64,000 nucleotides of DNA, from contig CAWDVP010000002.1 in the NCBI GenBank assembly GCA_963805945.1, positions 1 through 64,000 on the forward strand. Reading direction: 5' to 3'. The first letter of the stretch is position 1; every line of letters starts with the position of its first letter. The DNA comes from Vulcanimicrobiota bacterium (GTDB taxonomy: Bacteria > Vulcanimicrobiota > Vulcanimicrobiia > Eremiobacterales > Eremiobacteraceae). The translations under genes and the position numbers were made by a program. Below, piece after piece: positions 32,744 to 42,620 of this stretch. A model generated the notes under the pieces. The model did no database searches, had not been told where the DNA came from, and saw only the letters and a program-made list of their open reading frames with translations.

Positions 32744-33985
32744 ATGTCTCTCGCCGCGCCATCGGACCGCAACATCGATACGCACGTCTTTCGGTACGCG
32801 GAGCGCATGGGCAGGCTCAAGGCCAGCGCCATCCGCGAGATCCTCAAGGTCACCGATCTCCCGGACGTCATTTCGTTCGCGGGCGGCCTGCCCGCACCGG
32901 AGCTCTTCCCCGTCGCTGAGTTCGCGCGCGCTTGCCAAGAGGTGCTCGAGACCGACGGCGCCTCCGCTCTGCAATACAGCGTCACCGAAGGCTACATGCC
33001 GCTGCGCCGTTGGATCTGCGACTACCTCGCGTCGAGCAACGGCATCGAGTGCACGCCCGAGCACGTGCTCGTCATCAGCGGCTCGCAGCAAGGGCTCGAC
33101 CTCATCGGCAAAGTACTGCTCGATCCCGGCGACTTCGTCGTCATGGAGAACCCCGCGTATCTCGGGGCCATCCAAGCCTTCGACGCCTATCAGGCGCGTT
33201 ATCTGGAAGTGCCCTCCGACGACGAAGGCATGCGCACCGAAGAGCTCGACCGGCTGCTGCGCGCGGCGCCGGTGAAGCCCAAGCTGCTCTACCTCGTGCC
33301 GAACTTCGCCAACCCCACCGGCGTCACGCTGGCGCTGCGGCGCCGGCACCAACTCATCCAGATCTGCGCGGACCACGGCATCCCGATCTTCGAAGATGAT
33401 CCGTATGGCCGGCTGCGCTACTCGGGTGAAGCGCTGCCCTCGGTCATGGCGCTCGCCAAGGGGCGCAGTTGCATCTACATGAGCACGGTGAGCAAGATCA
33501 TCGCGCCCGGCATGCGCGTCGCCTGGCTCGTGCTGCCCGACGCGACGCTGTACGAGCGCGTCGTGCCGGCGAAACAAGCGGCGGATCTGCACACCTCGAG
33601 CTTCACGCAGCGCGCCGTGTACGCGTACGCACGCGTTCCCGGCCAGGTCGAGAACCATATCAAGGAGATGCTGCCGGTGTACGCCCGGCGGCGCGACCTC
33701 ATGCTCGAGACGCTCGCGCGCGCCATGCCCCCCGGCGCGTCATGGACGCATCCGGACGGCGGTCTATTCCTGTGGGCTCGCATGCCTGAGTTCGTTGACA
33801 CGCAAGAACTGCTCGGATTGGCGGCGTCCAAGAAGGTGGCGTTCGTGCCCGGCGCGCCGTTCTGGGTCAACGCAGACGTGCGCAACACGATGCGGCTCAA
33901 CTTCAGCAATGCGTCGGAGGATGCGCTCGTGACGGGGATCGAGCGGCTCGGCGATCTGGTGAAGACGTATCTCGCGAAAGGCTAA
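32744..33985 (+). CDS. class I/II PLP aminotransferase (2-aminoadipate transaminase LysN-like)
   Basis: GGAGGTG RBS; SAIREILK, ISFAGGLPAPELFP, PNFANPTG, EDDPYG, STVSKIIAPGMRVAW, MRLNFS. Confidence 0.88.
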   Translation: MSLAAPSDRNIDTHVFRYAERMGRLKASAIREILKVTDLPDVISFAGGLPAPELFPVAEFARACQEVLETDGASALQYSVTEGYMPLRRWICDYLASSNGIECTPEHVLVISGSQQGLDLIGKVLLDPGDFVVMENPAYLGAIQAFDAYQARYLEVPSDDEGMRTEELDRLLRAAPVKPKLLYLVPNFANPTGVTLALRRRHQLIQICADHGIPIFEDDPYGRLRYSGEALPSVMALAKGRSCIYMSTVSKIIAPGMRVAWLVLPDATLYERVVPAKQAADLHTSSFTQRAVYAYARVPGQVENHIKEMLPVYARRRDLMLETLARAMPPGASWTHPDGGLFLWARMPEFVDTQELLGLAASKKVAFVPGAPFWVNADVRNTMRLNFSNASEDALVTGIERLGDLVKTYLAKG

Positions 33986-35588
33986 GTCCAGACTCGTCGC
34001 GTTCATCAGCGCTCTTCTCGGCGCGATAAATTGCGCCGCTCCGTGGCCCGTCAGCGCAGACGCGAACCGGCCCACCGTGAGCATCACCGGCGCGTCCGTC
34101 AAGTTCTACGCATCGCATCTCATCCTCGAGGCGAGCGGGCGCGCCCAGCTCGACGACGGCGCGCTGCACGTGCGCGCCGATCACATCACGCTCGACCTGC
34201 ATTCGAAGCGCTACATGGCGATCGGCGACGTGACGATCGCGCCGAGCGATGCGGTCGCGCCGCCGGGCGCACGCACGCCCGCGCACGGCGATGTCTTCGG
34301 CAAAGACCTCGATTCGCGGCGAGGACTGCTCGTGGCGCTCGACGAGACGCCGGTGCGACACGTCGTCGAAGGCGGCGCGATCGAAGGCGAACCCAAACCA
34401 GGCCTGCCTGCGAGCGAGCCGCTCTCGCTGCCGGACATCGGCGGCGAGCCGCCCTTCGCGACCGCGGCGCGCGCGGTGGCGCATCTCGGCGCTGACGTGC
34501 GCTTGACGGACGCGCGCGTGATCGTGCCCGGTTCTAAGAGCGTGCCGGTGCCGTCCTACGTGTTCACCTACTCGTCGGACGCCGGCTACGTGGTGAGCAA
34601 CCTCGGCACGATCGAGGACGTGCCGCTGTACTTCGGCAGCACGCGCAACTCGGTGCAGGGCATCCATTTCCTGTACCGCCCGGACATCAAATTCGGTTTC
34701 GGCCTCGACGAGCGCATCGTCGACGGGCAACGCGGCTATCTGCTCGCATCGCTCTCGCCGGTGTTCGGGCCCTTCAAACAATTCAATGTGACCTACCAAG
34801 AGCAGATCAACCGTCACACGCAGCAAACGCTGTCCTCCTACAGCATCGAGGGCCTGGGCACCACAAACCAATACGACCTGCGCGACGGCATCCACCATTC
34901 GTTCGTCGAGCTCGCCGCCTTCCAATTCCATCAGAGCTATGCCGGCACGCTCGCGTGGCAAGGCTACGACACGGCCTTCGCCAAGACCGGCCCGCTCTCG
35001 CAGCTCATCTTCCACCTGCGCAGCGAGTACGGCGTCGGCCACACGCCGCCCGAGCTGGGCTTCCCGCCGTTGCCGACCGACGTCTTCTTGCCGCAGACGG
35101 TGCAGCGGGTCGCGTTCGAGGCCTATGTCGCGACCCAGCCGCTCGCCTTGGGTCCCGGGACGACGATGTACGCGTCGGCGGACGATCGCTTCTCGCACGA
35201 CACGACGCCGCATCTGCAGACCACGCAGGTCTACGGTTTGACGCTCACGCAGCGCGTCAACCGTTTCGTCTCGCTCAGCGGCAGCGTCTTCGACACGCCG
35301 ATCCACGACGGCTATCCGACGGTCAACGCGTCCTACGCCACGCACCTGGACACCGAAACCGCGACCTTCAATTACAACCATGGCCGTGCGTTCGCGCTGC
35401 TGCTCACCGGCACGCATCAGACCGCCTCCACCCAATTGCCCGGCGGGCTGCTCGTGGAGCCATGGGTGGCGAGCGCCGATGTGCGCTTCCGTCTCGGGCC
35501 TGCGATCGCGATCGAGCTCGGCAGGTCCTACTATTTCGGATTCGAAGGTCAGCGCTTCGGAACGTATACCTTCCAGATATTCCCATGA
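33969..35588 (+). CDS. putative outer-membrane beta-barrel protein (LptD-like architecture); probable ATC start
   Basis: In-frame signal peptide upstream of GTG 34077; N-terminal A.G...L.DG.L.VRADHITLDL OstA-like segment; alternating aromatic strands ending RFGTYTFQIFP. Confidence 0.55.
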   Translation: MSRKAKSRLVAFISALLGAINCAAPWPVSADANRPTVSITGASVKFYASHLILEASGRAQLDDGALHVRADHITLDLHSKRYMAIGDVTIAPSDAVAPPGARTPAHGDVFGKDLDSRRGLLVALDETPVRHVVEGGAIEGEPKPGLPASEPLSLPDIGGEPPFATAARAVAHLGADVRLTDARVIVPGSKSVPVPSYVFTYSSDAGYVVSNLGTIEDVPLYFGSTRNSVQGIHFLYRPDIKFGFGLDERIVDGQRGYLLASLSPVFGPFKQFNVTYQEQINRHTQQTLSSYSIEGLGTTNQYDLRDGIHHSFVELAAFQFHQSYAGTLAWQGYDTAFAKTGPLSQLIFHLRSEYGVGHTPPELGFPPLPTDVFLPQTVQRVAFEAYVATQPLALGPGTTMYASADDRFSHDTTPHLQTTQVYGLTLTQRVNRFVSLSGSVFDTPIHDGYPTVNASYATHLDTETATFNYNHGRAFALLLTGTHQTASTQLPGGLLVEPWVASADVRFRLGPAIAIELGRSYYFGFEGQRFGTYTFQIFP

Positions 35589-35601
35589 CCGAGGAGATCA
35601 C

Positions 35602-36630
35602 GTGAAGGTGCTCGTCACCGGCGGCGGCGGGTACGTCGGCGTCGTCTTGTGCGAACGGCTGCTGGAGGCGGGCCACCAGGTGCGCGTGCTCGACAGGCTC
35701 TATTGGGGCCGCGAGCCGCTCGCGCATCTCGCCGATCGCGTCGAGGTCGTGCAGGCCGACGTGCGCGCGATCGCGCCTGCCATGCTCGACGGCGTCGACG
35801 CGGTCGCGCACCTCGCGGGCCTTTCGAACGATCCGACCGCCGAATACAACACGGCCGCGAATTGGGAGATGAACACCGACGCCACCGCACATCTCGCAGT
35901 GCTGTGCAAGAAGCACGGCATCAAGCGCTTCACCTTCGGCTCAAGCGCGTCGATCTACGACGGCCTCGGCGACGGCACGTTCGACGAGACGACGGCGGTC
36001 TCACCGCGCGGCGCGTATTCGCTCTCGAAACACGCCGCCGAGGAAGCACTGCTGCGCGAAGCGGGCGGCGGGTTCGCGCCCGTGCTGCTGCGGCAAGGCA
36101 CGGTCTATGGCTACAGCACGCGCATGCGCCTCGACCTGGTGGTCAACACGTTCATCAAGGACGCGCTCCTGCGCGGCGCGCTGTTCTTGCATGGCGGCGG
36201 TTGGATGTGGCGTCCGCTGGTGGATGTGACCGACGTCGCCGAAGCGCACCTGCGCTGCCTCGAGGCGGATCCGAGTGCCGTGGGCGGGCAGATCTTCAAC
36301 GTGGTGCACGACAACTTCCAGATCCGCGAGTTGGCGATGCTCGTCGCCGGTTCGCTCTCGATGCTGCAGCGGCCGGTGCGCCTCGAAGACGCGCCGATGC
36401 CGAAGATCAACCGCAATTATCGCTGCGCGAACCGCAAGCTCCAGAAGAGCATCGGCTTCACGCCGCGCGTGTCGGTCCTCGAATCGATCGAGCGCATGCT
36501 CGAGCGTCTACCGCTCGACGATCCCGCCGAGCTCGCGCACCCGCGCTACTACAACATCCGCTGGATGACGCTGGTCGAGGAGATCGTCGCCACCCAGGCG
36601 CCTGGCCGCTCGATCTGGTCGGCTACTTGA
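35602..36630 (+). CDS. NAD-dependent sugar epimerase/dehydratase (extended SDR)
   Basis: GAGGAG RBS, VLVTGGGGYVG, HLAGLSNDP, YSLSK, LRQGTVYGYS.RMRLDLVVN. Confidence 0.88.
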   Translation: MKVLVTGGGGYVGVVLCERLLEAGHQVRVLDRLYWGREPLAHLADRVEVVQADVRAIAPAMLDGVDAVAHLAGLSNDPTAEYNTAANWEMNTDATAHLAVLCKKHGIKRFTFGSSASIYDGLGDGTFDETTAVSPRGAYSLSKHAAEEALLREAGGGFAPVLLRQGTVYGYSTRMRLDLVVNTFIKDALLRGALFLHGGGWMWRPLVDVTDVAEAHLRCLEADPSAVGGQIFNVVHDNFQIRELAMLVAGSLSMLQRPVRLEDAPMPKINRNYRCANRKLQKSIGFTPRVSVLESIERMLERLPLDDPAELAHPRYYNIRWMTLVEEIVATQAPGRSIWSAT

Positions 36631-38053
36631 AGTACTCCACGGTGAGCGTCGGCTTATAGCCGCTCTCGCAATCGGCCTCGGTGTACGCGTTGATGTCCTC
36701 GTTGTACCCTTTGAACACAAACCCATAATTGGGCGCGCCGTTCATCCACGAGCGGACCTGGCTCGTCACATCGACGTCGACGTTCGGACCAGCGGGCGAG
36801 AGCGCGTCCGCCCAATCAGCTTCGATCCAATCAGAGTTGTTCCACCACGCATCCTTGCCGGTGCCGAGCTCGGCGGCGCACGATTTCGCGTTGCCGTACT
36901 GGTCGTACGGCTTGACCGTGCTGCTCGTCACGTGCAGATGAAGCGTCGCTTTCTGCAACGGCCGGCCAACCATCGGGCCGAGATCGAACATGACCGCGCC
37001 GCGCCGTACATCGTCTTCGAACAGGTCCTTGAAGGCAGCCTTGATGGTGACGTAATCGTAGCCGACATTCACGCCGGGCTCCCTGAGGGTGGCGTTCTTC
37101 GGTTTGTAATCTTCGTTCGTGTGCACTTTCACGGACGAACTTGTTTGGGCTGGCTGGAGCGTCACGGTGGTGGTGCCAAGGGTTGGCGCCACGCCGATGC
37201 AGGTGCGATAGCCCGGATGCGACTCTTTGCTCCCCTTGTACGCCGTGACCGTATAGCATTTCCCGACGAAGCCGCCCGCCGGCAGATCGAGGACGCCGGC
37301 CGTCGCGCCGACGCCGGCTGAGGACTTGCTCAGATATGTGAGCGATGTGCCTCCGGCATCGGTTTGGTAGATCTTGAAGCCGTCCACATCCTGCGGACAC
37401 GAGGTGCACTTCGGATGCGGCTGCCACGCCCACACGATGAACAGTTTGTTCGCCGCGGCGATCGGAGCGCATAGCAATCCGGCGATGAACGGATTGCTGA
37501 TGTGGGCGGCGCACACTTTCGGGTCACCGCTCGTCGCGATCTTCGTCGGCCGAGCAGGATTGCCAGCGACGTCGTCAGGATCCACGGCGGGATTCGCGAG
37601 GTTGACGTACTTGGAGCCCCCTGGGAGGGTCGTGGGCACTGACGTGGGCGGAGACGGCGTACCGCACGTCACCTTGAACGCGGCTTTGGCCGAATAGACG
37701 TCGCCTTGACCTGCGATGTTGTGAACCCATAGCTGATCGAACGTGTTGGCGCCGGTCGTCGCCGCGATGCTCATCGAGTCGTTGACCGTAAGCGTGCCGC
37801 CAGCGGGCAGGGTCGCAGCGCCGATGTTCACCACTTGCTGCGAACCGTTGACGAAGCGGTTGAAGGCGTATTGGAACGACGTGCCGGGCGCGCCAGAGAT
37901 CGTGCCGGTGAACGCCATGGTCGTCGGGCATGTGCCGGTGTACGACGGCGTCGTCGCCGTGAGCACCGCCGTCACCGCCGCCGACGCGGGTGCGCGGTCA
38001 GCGACGGCGAGTGACGCGATGGAAATCACCGCGATGCACAGCAGTCGTCTCAT
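36623..38053 (-). CDS. secreted Cys-rich multidomain protein with C-terminal DNRLRE-like domain, paralogue 1
   Basis: Signal peptide, beta-rich domain, Pro linker, Fn3-like (VDGFKIY..CYTVTAYKG.KES), DVTSQVRSWMNGAPNYGFV, ends PTLTVEYFK. Confidence 0.65.
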   Translation of the reverse strand: MRRLLCIAVISIASLAVADRAPASAAVTAVLTATTPSYTGTCPTTMAFTGTISGAPGTSFQYAFNRFVNGSQQVVNIGAATLPAGGTLTVNDSMSIAATTGANTFDQLWVHNIAGQGDVYSAKAAFKVTCGTPSPPTSVPTTLPGGSKYVNLANPAVDPDDVAGNPARPTKIATSGDPKVCAAHISNPFIAGLLCAPIAAANKLFIVWAWQPHPKCTSCPQDVDGFKIYQTDAGGTSLTYLSKSSAGVGATAGVLDLPAGGFVGKCYTVTAYKGSKESHPGYRTCIGVAPTLGTTTVTLQPAQTSSSVKVHTNEDYKPKNATLREPGVNVGYDYVTIKAAFKDLFEDDVRRGAVMFDLGPMVGRPLQKATLHLHVTSSTVKPYDQYGNAKSCAAELGTGKDAWWNNSDWIEADWADALSPAGPNVDVDVTSQVRSWMNGAPNYGFVFKGYNEDINAYTEADCESGYKPTLTVEYFK

Positions 38054-38082
38054 CAGCGCCCCGCCGGAGCCCCGATGGGCGG

Positions 38083-39522
38083 CTACTTGAAATACTCCAC
38101 GGTGAGCGTCGGCGGATCGTAGTACGAGATGCATGTGGCCTCGGTGAACGCGTTGAGGTTCTCTTGCTGCGATCTCAGAACGAAGCCGTAGTTCGGCGCG
38201 CCGTTCATCCACGAGCGGACCATGCTCGTCACATCGACGTCGACGCTCTGCGGTGCGCCCGAAATCGGTTCGACCCAGGTCGCTTCGATCCAGCTGGTGT
38301 TGGTCCACCATGCGCCCGTGCCGGTGCCCAACTCGTCGCCGCATGATCTTGGGTCGTGCGAGACTGCGGCGCCGACCATGACCAGGCTTGAGTTGGCGTG
38401 TAGGTGCAGCGTCGCTTTTTGCAACGGCCGGCCGACCATCGGGCCGAGATCGAACATGACCCCGCCGTGCAAGGCTTGGTTATCGGCGCTGTCCATAGAG
38501 GCTATGGGTCCCTTTGTGGTGTCGTACGAGAAGCCCGCCCGCAGGTCCGTATAGGAGTCTTTGATGTCGCTGCTCTTGCCGGTGGTGTGGTATACGTACG
38601 AGGTGCGGATATGGGCGGACTGGAGCGTCACTGTGGTCGTGCCAAGCTTGGGCTCATTGTTGATGCAGGTAGGATGGCCCGGACTGGATTCTTTGCTCCC
38701 TTTGTACGCGGTGACGGTATAACACTTGTTGAGGAAGCCGCCCGCCGGCAGGTTGAGCACGCCCGCGGTCGCGCCCGCGCCGGCGCTGGTCTTGTCTACG
38801 AAGGTCAGCGACGTGCCGGCCGGGTTGGTCTGATAGATCTTGAAGCCGTCGACGTCTTGCGGACACGACGTGCACTTGGGATGCGGCGCCCAATCCCACA
38901 CGATGAACAATTTGCCTGCTTTCGCGATCCCGCCGCAGAGCAGTCCGCCGATGAGCGGGTTGCTGATGTGCGCACCGCACACTTTCGGGTCGCCGCTGGT
39001 GGTGATATGGGTCGGGTGCGCGGGATTGCCGGCGGTGTCATCGGGATCGACGATGAGAATCTGGGGGCTATTGGGGTTGAGGTACTTGGATCCCCCGGGG
39101 AGGGCCGTCGGAGGAGGCGGAGGCGTACCGCACGTCACCTTGATATTCGCCTTGGCGGAATAGACATCTGCCTGACCCGCGATATTGTGCACCCACAGTT
39201 GGTCAAACGTGTTCCCGCCCGTCGTCGCGTTGATGCTCATCGAATCGTTGACCGCGAGCGTGCCGCTCGCCGGCAGGGTCGCCGCGCCGATGTTCACCAC
39301 TTGTTGCACGCCGCTGACGAAGCGGCTGAAGCTATATTGAAATGACGCGCCGGGCGAGCCTGAGATGGTGCCGGTGAACGCCATGGTCGTCGGGCAGTTC
39401 CCGGTGTATGACGGCGTCGTCGCCGTCAGCACCGCAGTCACCGCTGCTGCAGCGGGTGCGCGATCCGCGACGACAAGCATGGCCATGGCGATAGTCGCGA
39501 CGTATAACGTGATCCGTTGCAA
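38083..39522 (-). CDS. secreted Cys-rich multidomain protein with C-terminal DNRLRE-like domain, paralogue 2
   Basis: TTG start after GAGGGG; collinear with the neighbour with the same Cys pattern and C-terminus. Confidence 0.65.
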   Translation of the reverse strand: MQRITLYVATIAMAMLVVADRAPAAAAVTAVLTATTPSYTGNCPTTMAFTGTISGSPGASFQYSFSRFVSGVQQVVNIGAATLPASGTLAVNDSMSINATTGGNTFDQLWVHNIAGQADVYSAKANIKVTCGTPPPPPTALPGGSKYLNPNSPQILIVDPDDTAGNPAHPTHITTSGDPKVCGAHISNPLIGGLLCGGIAKAGKLFIVWDWAPHPKCTSCPQDVDGFKIYQTNPAGTSLTFVDKTSAGAGATAGVLNLPAGGFLNKCYTVTAYKGSKESSPGHPTCINNEPKLGTTTVTLQSAHIRTSYVYHTTGKSSDIKDSYTDLRAGFSYDTTKGPIASMDSADNQALHGGVMFDLGPMVGRPLQKATLHLHANSSLVMVGAAVSHDPRSCGDELGTGTGAWWTNTSWIEATWVEPISGAPQSVDVDVTSMVRSWMNGAPNYGFVLRSQQENLNAFTEATCISYYDPPTLTVEYFK

Positions 39523-39634
39523 AGGAACGCCCCTCTCAGAGTAAGCCTGACGGCATCTGGGACACGCGCTACGCCTTCAGGTCGGGCGCGGCCTGCGTCC
39601 TTCGGGCCTTCCAGGCGCCCGGTTGCCAGCGAGG

Positions 39635-40066
39635 TCAGGGCGCCTTCACCACCATGCGGACAAGCCCCATCCAAAAGCCGTCGGTCGCCCTGAAGATCGA
39701 GATGGGCACCGAGCCACGCTCCGTGTGCGGTATATCCCTCATCGCGATCGATCAGCCGATGATCCACGGATGTCGCGCAGGCAGTCTGTCCGACCAGCGC
39801 GTCAGACGCGCGTCGTCATAGCCGTGCTGTTGCCGCAACGCCGCCAGCACCGCGGCGTCATCCGGATTGGCGGCGACGACGCTGCCGCGAACTGCTTTGT
39901 GCGTCAGCCCGAGCCGGCGCAGCAACGCGATGTCGATGGGCGAATGGCCGAACAGATAGGTGCCCAACTCCCCGCGCTGCGCCATGCGCGCTTTGTCGAT
40001 GAGGCGCGGCAGCCAGCGGATGCCCCCGAGCTCCTCGTTCCAGCGCCGCGGCGGTGTTGTGGTCAT
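39635..40066 (-). CDS. DUF5069-like protein (3' end broken by apparent indels)
   Basis: PRRWNEELGGIRWLPRLIDKAR...GELGTY..SPID..LL..LG; LIDRDEG appears in the adjacent frame; ATGA overlap with rfbD. Confidence 0.65.
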
Positions 40067-40929
40067 GCGATGTGTCCTTTTGCGCGCAGATAATCCGTCA
40101 GAGCGTCGCGCCACGGCCGCGCGCGCAGACCGTGTGCGGCGAGCTTCTCGCTCGCCAAGGCCGAGTACATCGGCCTGCGCGCCGCCGCGCCGGTCTCCTC
40201 GGCGCGGATCGGCACGGCGCGCTGCGAGACGCCGCATCGCGCGAAGATCTCGTCCGCGAATTCGCGCCACGAGCACGCGCCGGCATTGGAGAGATGATAC
40301 ACGCCGGGCGTCGCGCCGCGGGTGAAGAGGTCTACGAGCAGGCCGGCGGCGTCGGCGGTGGCGGTGGGCGACATGACGATGTCATCCACCACGCGCGGCG
40401 TCTCGCCGGCGCGCGCGCGGGCGATCATCGTCTCGACGAAATTGCCGCCCTTGCCTGCGCTGCCCGCGACGCCGAAGATGCTGCTGATCCGCGCGACGTA
40501 CGTTCGCGGGAATTGCTGCGCGAGCGCCTCGCCGGCCGCCTTCGTCGCGCCGTAGACGTTGAGCGGACCGGGCTCATCGCTTTCGAGGTACGGCGAGCGT
40601 TTCTCGCCGTCGAACACGTAATCGGTGCTGACATACGCGCAGGCCGCACCGCGCGCGGCGGCCGCGGCCGCGACGTTGTAAGCGCCGTGCGCGTTGATCG
40701 CCACCGCGTCGCCCGGCCGGGATTCGCACTCGTCCGTCTTGTGGAACGCGGCGGTGTTCACCACGAGATCGCCGGTGCCCACGCGGGCGAGCGCCCGATC
40801 GAGCGACGCGGGATCGCGCACGTCACAGTCGGCGTGCAGAATCGAGATGACCTCACAATTGCGCGACTGAGACGCCGTCATGAGATCGCTGCCGAACTGC
40901 CCGTTCGCACCGATGACAGCTATCTTCAC
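40063..40929 (-). CDS. rfbD: dTDP-4-dehydrorhamnose reductase family
   Basis: VIGANGQFG, VNTAAF, STDYVFDG, PLNVYGATKAAGE, GNFVETM, ARRPMYSAL. Confidence 0.88.
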   Translation of the reverse strand: MKIAVIGANGQFGSDLMTASQSRNCEVISILHADCDVRDPASLDRALARVGTGDLVVNTAAFHKTDECESRPGDAVAINAHGAYNVAAAAAARGAACAYVSTDYVFDGEKRSPYLESDEPGPLNVYGATKAAGEALAQQFPRTYVARISSIFGVAGSAGKGGNFVETMIARARAGETPRVVDDIVMSPTATADAAGLLVDLFTRGATPGVYHLSNAGACSWREFADEIFARCGVSQRAVPIRAEETGAAARRPMYSALASEKLAAHGLRARPWRDALTDYLRAKGHIA

Positions 40930-42539
40930 TGCGCCGCCGAGGCGGCACGCCGACCGATGTACTGCGCGCCGATGGCGAGCAGCATGGCCAGCTCGCGCAC
41001 CCGCAGCGCTGTGCCGACCCCGAGGAACACGACGCCTGCGCACAGGATGGCCACGGCCAACGTTGTCGCGTGCTGCAGCAGCGTGCCCGCGTCGTGCCAC
41101 AGCAGACGGTGCACGGTGAGCGCGACCGCGCCCATCGCGAGCGAGGTGATGCCGACGCGCAAGATGCACGAACCGATGAGGTCGCCGCCGGCATCGACCG
41201 GACCGATGCGCACGTGTAGCAGCCAGAACAGCACCAACGCTTCGGTCAGCGACGAGATGGAGTTCGACGCGGCCAAGCCGTTGACGCCGTACGGTCCGAC
41301 GAGCAGCGCCGACAGCACGACGTTGAGCACCATCACGCTGATCGCGACGATGACCGGCGTGCGCGAATCGCGCATCGCGAAGAAGCAGCGCGTGAGCACG
41401 ATGCTCGCTGCGATGCCGAGCAGCCCCACCGCGTAGTACTGCATGGCGCCGGCGGTGCGCACCACGTCGCCCGAGGTGAACGCGCCCCGCTCGAAGAGCA
41501 CGCTGAGGATCGGCTGCGCGAGCACGATCAAACCCACCGCGGCCGGCATGGTGATGAGCGCGGTCATGCGCAAGCCGGTGGATGCTGTCTCGCGCAGCGG
41601 TGCGATCTCTTTGGTGGCGAATTGCGCGGAGAGGATCGGGAAGATGACGGTGGCGATGGCCACCGCGAACAGCTGCTGCGGGAAGCCGACCACCTTGGTC
41701 GCGTAGTTCATCGCGGCGATCGCGCCCGCCGGCAGGTGCGAGCCGAAATACTTGTCCACCAGCAGATTGACCTGGCCGACCGCCGAGCCGACGATGATGG
41801 GACCGAGGATGACGAAGAGCGCCGTGATCCCCGGATGCTTGAGGTCGAGGACGAAACGATACTTGCAGCGCCGCAGATAGCTCGGCACTTGCACGAGCAG
41901 CTGCGCCACCAGTCCCGCCGCGGTGGCGAACACCAGCGCGTAGATGCCGTACTGGCCGAAGAACAGCAGCACGCCTGCGATCGTGCACACGTTGAGCGCC
42001 ACGCCTTGGAGCGCGGCCGCGCGATAGCGCCGCTGTGCGTTGAGCAACGCCTGCAAGACGCCCGCGATCGAAGTGGCGATGATCGTCGGCATGAGGATGC
42101 GCGTCATGCGCACCGTCTCCGCTGCATGATCCGCGGGGAAGCCGTTGGCGACGATGCTCACGATCCACGGCGCGGCGAGCCAGCCGAGCGCTGCGCCGAT
42201 GGCGAGCAAGACGAACAACGTGTTGATGACCGTGCTCGACAGACGCCATGCGTCTTCTTCGCGCTTGCTCGCGAAGTACTCGCTGAAGACCGGCACGAGC
42301 GCGCTCACGAGCGCGCCGTTGAAGACGCCGAAGACGAGCGTCGGGATGATGGCGGCGACGATGAACGCGTCGAGCTCCCAGCTTTCGCCGAAGAACCCGG
42401 CATTGACGACCTCGCGTCCGAAGCCCAGCACCATGCTCGCCAATGTCGCCAGCATGACGGCGACCGTCGATGCCGTCACGCTCTGCAACGGCGGCGCGAC
42501 GGCTTGCTCGGGCGTCTGCGATGCACGCGGCAGTGCCAT
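40926..42539 (-). CDS. murJ: MurJ/MviN family lipid-linked glycan flippase
   Basis: SMVLGFGRE, DAFIVA..IP, GALVSALVPVF, QVNLLVDK, LFERGAFT, FFAMRDSRTPV. Confidence 0.88.
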   Translation of the reverse strand: MALPRASQTPEQAVAPPLQSVTASTVAVMLATLASMVLGFGREVVNAGFFGESWELDAFIVAAIIPTLVFGVFNGALVSALVPVFSEYFASKREEDAWRLSSTVINTLFVLLAIGAALGWLAAPWIVSIVANGFPADHAAETVRMTRILMPTIIATSIAGVLQALLNAQRRYRAAALQGVALNVCTIAGVLLFFGQYGIYALVFATAAGLVAQLLVQVPSYLRRCKYRFVLDLKHPGITALFVILGPIIVGSAVGQVNLLVDKYFGSHLPAGAIAAMNYATKVVGFPQQLFAVAIATVIFPILSAQFATKEIAPLRETASTGLRMTALITMPAAVGLIVLAQPILSVLFERGAFTSGDVVRTAGAMQYYAVGLLGIAASIVLTRCFFAMRDSRTPVIVAISVMVLNVVLSALLVGPYGVNGLAASNSISSLTEALVLFWLLHVRIGPVDAGGDLIGSCILRVGITSLAMGAVALTVHRLLWHDAGTLLQHATTLAVAILCAGVVFLGVGTALRVRELAMLLAIGAQYIGRRAASAAQ

Positions 42540-42567
42540 TATCACGACTTTCTCAGGTTGCGACCGG

Positions 42568-42609
42568 GGCGCCTACCGGCACAGGGCTTGAAAAACTTAT
42601 TGACGTATG
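42568..42609. repeat. 42-bp direct repeat, copy 1
   Basis: GGCGCCTACCGGCACAGGGCTTGAAAAACTTATTGACGTATG; 39/42 identical to 45602-45643. Confidence 0.9.
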
Positions 42610-42620
42610 AAAGGTCCAGC

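Noticed and set aside
39545..39630. Resemblance to a c-di-GMP-I (GEMM) riboswitch upstream of the secreted Cys-rich genes (GGCAACC..GGACGCAGGCC..CTGAA..GTAGC on the minus strand)
   Set aside because: Lacks the conserved GGCAAA / GCAAA adenines and the GNRA-capped P2; too degenerate to call without a covariance-model hit.
40063..42249. 728-aa ORF suggesting a long N-terminal extension of RfbD (and the 567-aa 41622..43325 extension of the MIOX-like gene)
   Set aside because: The extensions are alternative or antisense frames overlapping murJ; true starts are GTG 40929 (GTGA overlap) and ATG 42621.
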